Assembly: GCA_039920165.1 (NCBI GenBank)
Contig: JBDSEG010000293.1
Location: forward strand, 1 to 60,309
Reading direction: 5' to 3'
Length of the DNA stretch: 60,309 bases
Origin: Burkholderiaceae bacterium
Lineage (GTDB): Bacteria; Pseudomonadota; Gammaproteobacteria; Burkholderiales; Burkholderiaceae_C
How positions within the stretch are numbered: the first letter of the stretch is position 1; every line of letters starts with the position of its first letter. The position numbers were made by a program, and so were the translations under genes. This document shows positions 53,178 through 60,309 of this stretch, one piece after another. Below the pieces are notes generated by a model, which was given only the letters and a program-made list of their open reading frames with translations, was not told the DNA's origin and did not search any database.

Positions 53178-53941
53178 AGCGACCGCAGCCCGACGGCTGC
53201 CATCATCAAGCCGATCAGCAACGGCTGGTGCAGCATGTAGAAACTTAGCGACCAGCGGCCGAGCAGCGCAAGCGGCGCCAGGCCGCGCGGCAGCGCGCCG
53301 GCGAGCCATTCGCGTCGCCGTTCGAGCAACAGGCTGCCGCCGGCCATGCCCCACCACAGCATGCCGAGCCAGGGCAGCAGCGGAACGAAATCTTCTGTGA
53401 CTGGCTTGTGGGTGACGAGGCCGATCCAGTTGGTCGCGCGTGCGTCGAAGAATGGATTGGCGACGAGGTGCGGCAGCAGCATCGCGACCAAGCCGAGCGG
53501 CCACAGCCACGCGCCCCAGCCGGCGCTCAGCCGGGCGATGAGCAGCATCACCGCGAGTCCGTGCAGCACCCCGAAGCTGATATAGCTCTTTGGAAACATG
53601 ACCAGCGTCGCCGCGGTCACGAGCAGGGCGCACGCCGCCACCTGTCCCCAGCGGCGCCAGAAGCGCGGCCAGTTCAGACGCTGCGCGTGCGCGATCGCCT
53701 GGCCGACGCCGGCACACAGCAAAAAGAGGCTGACGATCGCGCTGCGTTGCCCGGTCCAGAACGGATCGGCATAAAAGTTCTGGCGCGTGAAGCCGAAGTG
53801 CGCGAGGTCGAAGGCGAAGTGGAACAGGGCCATCCAAACGACCGCGAAGCCGCGCCAGGCGTCCAGCCGGTCGTAGCGAAACGGGCGTTCGAGCGCACCG
53901 CCGCGTATCGATGAGGATGTCGAATGTCGGGTCGCCGTCAC
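53174..53941 (-). CDS. DUF1624 (heparan-alpha-glucosaminide N-acetyltransferase-like) membrane protein
   Basis: Motif [18 protein letters not shown], followed by multiple TM helices. The start is uncertain (GTG 53941 or 53950). The track start at 54052 would overlap cbpA. Confidence 0.65.
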   Translation of the reverse strand: MTATRHSTSSSIRGGALERPFRYDRLDAWRGFAVVWMALFHFAFDLAHFGFTRQNFYADPFWTGQRSAIVSLFLLCAGVGQAIAHAQRLNWPRFWRRWGQVAACALLVTAATLVMFPKSYISFGVLHGLAVMLLIARLSAGWGAWLWPLGLVAMLLPHLVANPFFDARATNWIGLVTHKPVTEDFVPLLPWLGMLWWGMAGGSLLLERRREWLAGALPRGLAPLALLGRWSLSFYMLHQPLLIGLMMAAVGLRSL

Positions 53942-54050
53942 GGCGCGCACGATAGCGCACGCCGTTCCGCGACCGGCTCGTTGGGCACGCGCTCGGGGGT
54001 GTGATTTCAAGACCGTGCGAAGATGCCGCGGCACCGAAGGGATCGCGCGC

Positions 54051-55037
54051 ATGGAATGGAAGGACTACTACAAGGTTCTCGGGGTCGAGCGCTCGGCGAG
54101 CGAGGACGAGATCAAGAAGGCCTACCGGCGGCTGGCGCGCAAACACCATCCCGATGTCAACAAGGCGAGCGACGCGGCGACGCGCATGCAGGACATCAAC
54201 GAGGCGAGCGAGGTGCTGCGCGACCCGAAGAAGCGCGCCGCCTACGACACCCTGGGCGAGCGCGGCCAGTTCGCGCAACCGGCCGGCGCCGGGGGCGACT
54301 TCCGCCCGCCGCCGGACTGGAATCCGGGCTTCGACTTCGCCGATGCCGGTAACGGCGATTTCGGTTCACACAGCGACTTCTTCGAGGCCCTCTTCGGCGC
54401 TGCGCGGCGCCGCGGCGGCCGTCCGGGTGCCGGCACCGCGGGCTTCGAATCGGCGCGCAGGCGCGGCCAGGACCGGCACGCGAAGATCGTGATCCCGATC
54501 GAAGATGCCTTTGCCGGCGCGACACGCGGCCTCGCCTTCGGCGAGCCCGAGATGGACGCGCACGGCGAGATGACGATGCGCGAACGGCACCTGGACGTGG
54601 CCATCCCGAAAGGCGTTCGATCGGGTCAGCAGATCCGCCTGACGGGCCAGGGCACGCCCGGTCTGGGCGGCGCGCCGGCGGGCGACCTGTACCTCGAGAT
54701 CGAGTTCGCGCCGCACCCGCACTTGCGCGCCGAAGGACGCGATCTGTACCTCACGCTGCCGGTGGCGCCGTGGGAGGCCGCGCTCGGCGCAAGCGTTCCG
54801 GTGCCCACGCCGGGCGGCGCGCTCGAAGTGACATTGCCGCCGGGGTCGAAGGCCGGGCGCAAGCTGCGTCTGAAGGGACGCGGCATTCCCGGCTCGTCGG
54901 CCAACGTCGCCGCGGGCGACTTCTATGCGGTGCTCGAGATCGTCCTGCCGGCCGCCGATACCGATCCGAAGCGCGAGCTGTACCAGCGCATGGCGCAGGA
55001 ACTCGCCTTCAACCCGCGCCAGCATCTGGGAGTCTGA
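54051..55037 (+). CDS. cbpA: Curved DNA-binding protein CbpA (DnaJ-class co-chaperone)
   Basis: ATG at 54051. The J-domain is [33 protein letters not shown]. There is no Zn-finger region. DnaJ C-terminal domains are present. Confidence 0.85.
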   Translation: MEWKDYYKVLGVERSASEDEIKKAYRRLARKHHPDVNKASDAATRMQDINEASEVLRDPKKRAAYDTLGERGQFAQPAGAGGDFRPPPDWNPGFDFADAGNGDFGSHSDFFEALFGAARRRGGRPGAGTAGFESARRRGQDRHAKIVIPIEDAFAGATRGLAFGEPEMDAHGEMTMRERHLDVAIPKGVRSGQQIRLTGQGTPGLGGAPAGDLYLEIEFAPHPHLRAEGRDLYLTLPVAPWEAALGASVPVPTPGGALEVTLPPGSKAGRKLRLKGRGIPGSSANVAAGDFYAVLEIVLPAADTDPKRELYQRMAQELAFNPRQHLGV

Positions 55038-55039
55038 AC

Positions 55040-55378
55040 ATGGCCGACCAATGGACTGCCGCAACCGCCCGCGGCGTCGTCGTGACAGGCGTATGCCTGG
55101 GCGACGATGCCTGGCTCGAGATCGACGAGATCGCGCTTGCCTGCCAGGTCGAACCGCATTTCGTCGAACTGCTGATCGACGAAGGCATGGTGCAGCCGGC
55201 GCGCACCGACACCGGCTGGCGCTTCGGCAGCGACGAACTCGCCCGCGTGCGCCGCATCCGCCGCCTGCAGCGCGACTTCGACGCCAACCTGCAAAGCATC
55301 GCGGTGATGCTCGATCTGCTCGACGAAGTGGATCGTCTGCAAGCGGCGCTGCGGCGAGTCGGGATCAAGGCGTTGTAG
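55040..55378 (+). CDS. cbpM: Chaperone-modulator protein CbpM (MerR-like)
   Basis: It starts 3 nt after cbpA. Segments IALACQVEPHFVELLIDEGMV and RIRRLQRDFDANLQSIAVMLDLLDEV. Confidence 0.75.
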   Translation: MADQWTAATARGVVVTGVCLGDDAWLEIDEIALACQVEPHFVELLIDEGMVQPARTDTGWRFGSDELARVRRIRRLQRDFDANLQSIAVMLDLLDEVDRLQAALRRVGIKAL

Positions 55379-55389
55379 GCACGTACAAC

Positions 55390-55405
55390 GGCCGACCGAT
55401 CGGCC
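55390..55405. terminator. Short bidirectional hairpin GGCCGA-ccga-TCGGCC between convergent genes
   Basis: Read directly. It lies between cbpM (end 55378) and the hydrolase gene (end 55434). No T-tract. Confidence 0.3.
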
Positions 55406-55433
55406 TGCGCGACGAAGTTGCAGTGGCAACGTT

Positions 55434-56255
55434 TCAGCTTTGCCCGACCACTGCGAATTGCGCCGCGTGGTCGAGCAGCCATTGCGCCGAAGCCGGCGCC
55501 GGCTGGTGGTGCGGGTGGAAATCCGGCGCGAGATAGGCGCGCCACGCCGGCCTCGCCACGGTCCACATGCCGTCGCGGCCGAACAGGAACCTCGCCCCGC
55601 TGCGCCACGTTCGCCACTCGAAGACCGCGCCGTCGTGCCACAGGTTGCGCAGCGTCTGGCGCGCGAGATCGAGCATGAACTGGCGCGTCACGAGGCGCAG
55701 CCAGCGCACCCGCCATTCGTGGCTGCCGCCGAGCGCGATGTAGAGGTCGAAGGCGGTCGCGCGATGCTCGGACTCCTCGGCGCTGTGCCACAGCCAAAGC
55801 GTCGAAAGGCGCGCCTCGGCGCCTTCGAAGATTGACGGGCGCGACAGCATCCAGTCGGCGAGGATGGCGGTCAAGTGCTCGGTGGCCGCGGTCACCGCGA
55901 CCGCGTGGCGTGGATCGAAAGACGCCATCGCAGCGACGCGGCGCGCCGAGCGCGGGCCCCAGCTGTTGACGAGTCCCTGCGCTTCGAGTTGCGCATTGAA
56001 CAGGGCATGGATGCGCCGGTGCGTCGCCTCCTGGCCGATAAACCCCTGCACCTCGCGCTCCATCCGTTCGCGCTCGGCAGTTGGCAGCGCCTGCATGCCG
56101 CGCCGGACCGCGTCGATGAAGAACTGCTCGCCGACCGGAAAGCTCATCGACAAGGCATTGAAGAGCGCGCTGCGAAAGGCGTCGCCGCCGTTCCAACGAC
56201 GCGCGATGGGCGTCTGCAGATCGATCAGCAAACGGCGGACGACGAGTTCGGTCAT
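55434..56255 (-). CDS. Predicted metal-dependent hydrolase (PF10118-like)
   Basis: Motifs FNALSMSFPVGEQFFIDAVR, FIGQEATHRRIH and WHSAEESEHRATAFD. Confidence 0.7.
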   Translation of the reverse strand: MTELVVRRLLIDLQTPIARRWNGGDAFRSALFNALSMSFPVGEQFFIDAVRRGMQALPTAERERMEREVQGFIGQEATHRRIHALFNAQLEAQGLVNSWGPRSARRVAAMASFDPRHAVAVTAATEHLTAILADWMLSRPSIFEGAEARLSTLWLWHSAEESEHRATAFDLYIALGGSHEWRVRWLRLVTRQFMLDLARQTLRNLWHDGAVFEWRTWRSGARFLFGRDGMWTVARPAWRAYLAPDFHPHHQPAPASAQWLLDHAAQFAVVGQS

Positions 56256-56279
56256 GGCGTGGCCCTGGTGTACCTTGTT

Positions 56280-60272
<3,993 letters not shown>

Positions 60273-60309
60273 GAGTCCGTGATTTTAGAGGGCCGATGAG
60301 ATAATCGAC

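Overview
This is a 60.3-kb window of high-GC chromosome. Gene content, the LexA-box type and codon bias look like a Burkholderiales-type betaproteobacterium, but that is inference only. All family calls come from motif recognition in the supplied translations; no searches were run. The ORF track opens ORFs at ATG, GTG or TTG, so many starts were re-set by eye. Layout from left to right follows. (1) 1-4480 is the AT-richer, integrase-proximal end of a genomic island or integrative mobilizable element. It is inserted at the 3' end of tRNA-Ala(CGC) and continues off the window to the left. It carries a relaxase N-terminus, mobC, a KfrA-like gene, an 8-bp iteron array and a long tyrosine integrase. 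(2) 4579-21287 is the most interesting block: a nicotinate/nicotinamide locus. It combines an aerobic NicAB-type hydroxylase (2Fe-2S subunit plus a MoCo/TM/tri-haem c subunit) and a Tat-signal nicotinamidase with homologues of the reductive Eubacterium barkeri branch (6-hydroxynicotinate reductase-like Fe-S protein and an enamidase-like amidohydrolase). It also holds three genes of unknown function (UPF0280 and two 'amino acid synthesis' PF06684 paralogues), fpr, a TetR regulator and a Liv-type ABC importer. None of the known downstream genes of either characterised pathway is present. (3) 21349-37341 is mixed housekeeping and accessory content: GST, two dehalogenase-type hydrolases, pncB, a DUF305 / GIDE-like / LemA membrane module, an aldolase, a binding protein, msrBA, an M1 aminopeptidase, an AstE/AspA-family protein and a secreted TPR protein. 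(4) 37648-44007 is a type I secretion operon. It encodes a 1053-aa VCBS/RTX repeat protein, a PrtD-class ABC with non-canonical Walker A and signature motifs, and a HlyD adaptor. No TolC is present. (5) 44404-60272 holds an asparaginase, lexA with an SOS box plus an HhH gene, two tandem paralogous small unknowns, DUF1993, a translationally coupled dehydrogenase-MFS-chrA-chrA operon, rlmB, thrH, DUF1624, cbpAM, a metal-dependent hydrolase and purL. A REP-like repeat family, built of inverted arrays of a 9-bp unit GGTCGCAAA, occurs three times in intergenic positions. No CRISPR array, rRNA or transposase was seen. Many long ORFs in the track are antisense or out-of-frame shadows typical of high-GC DNA.
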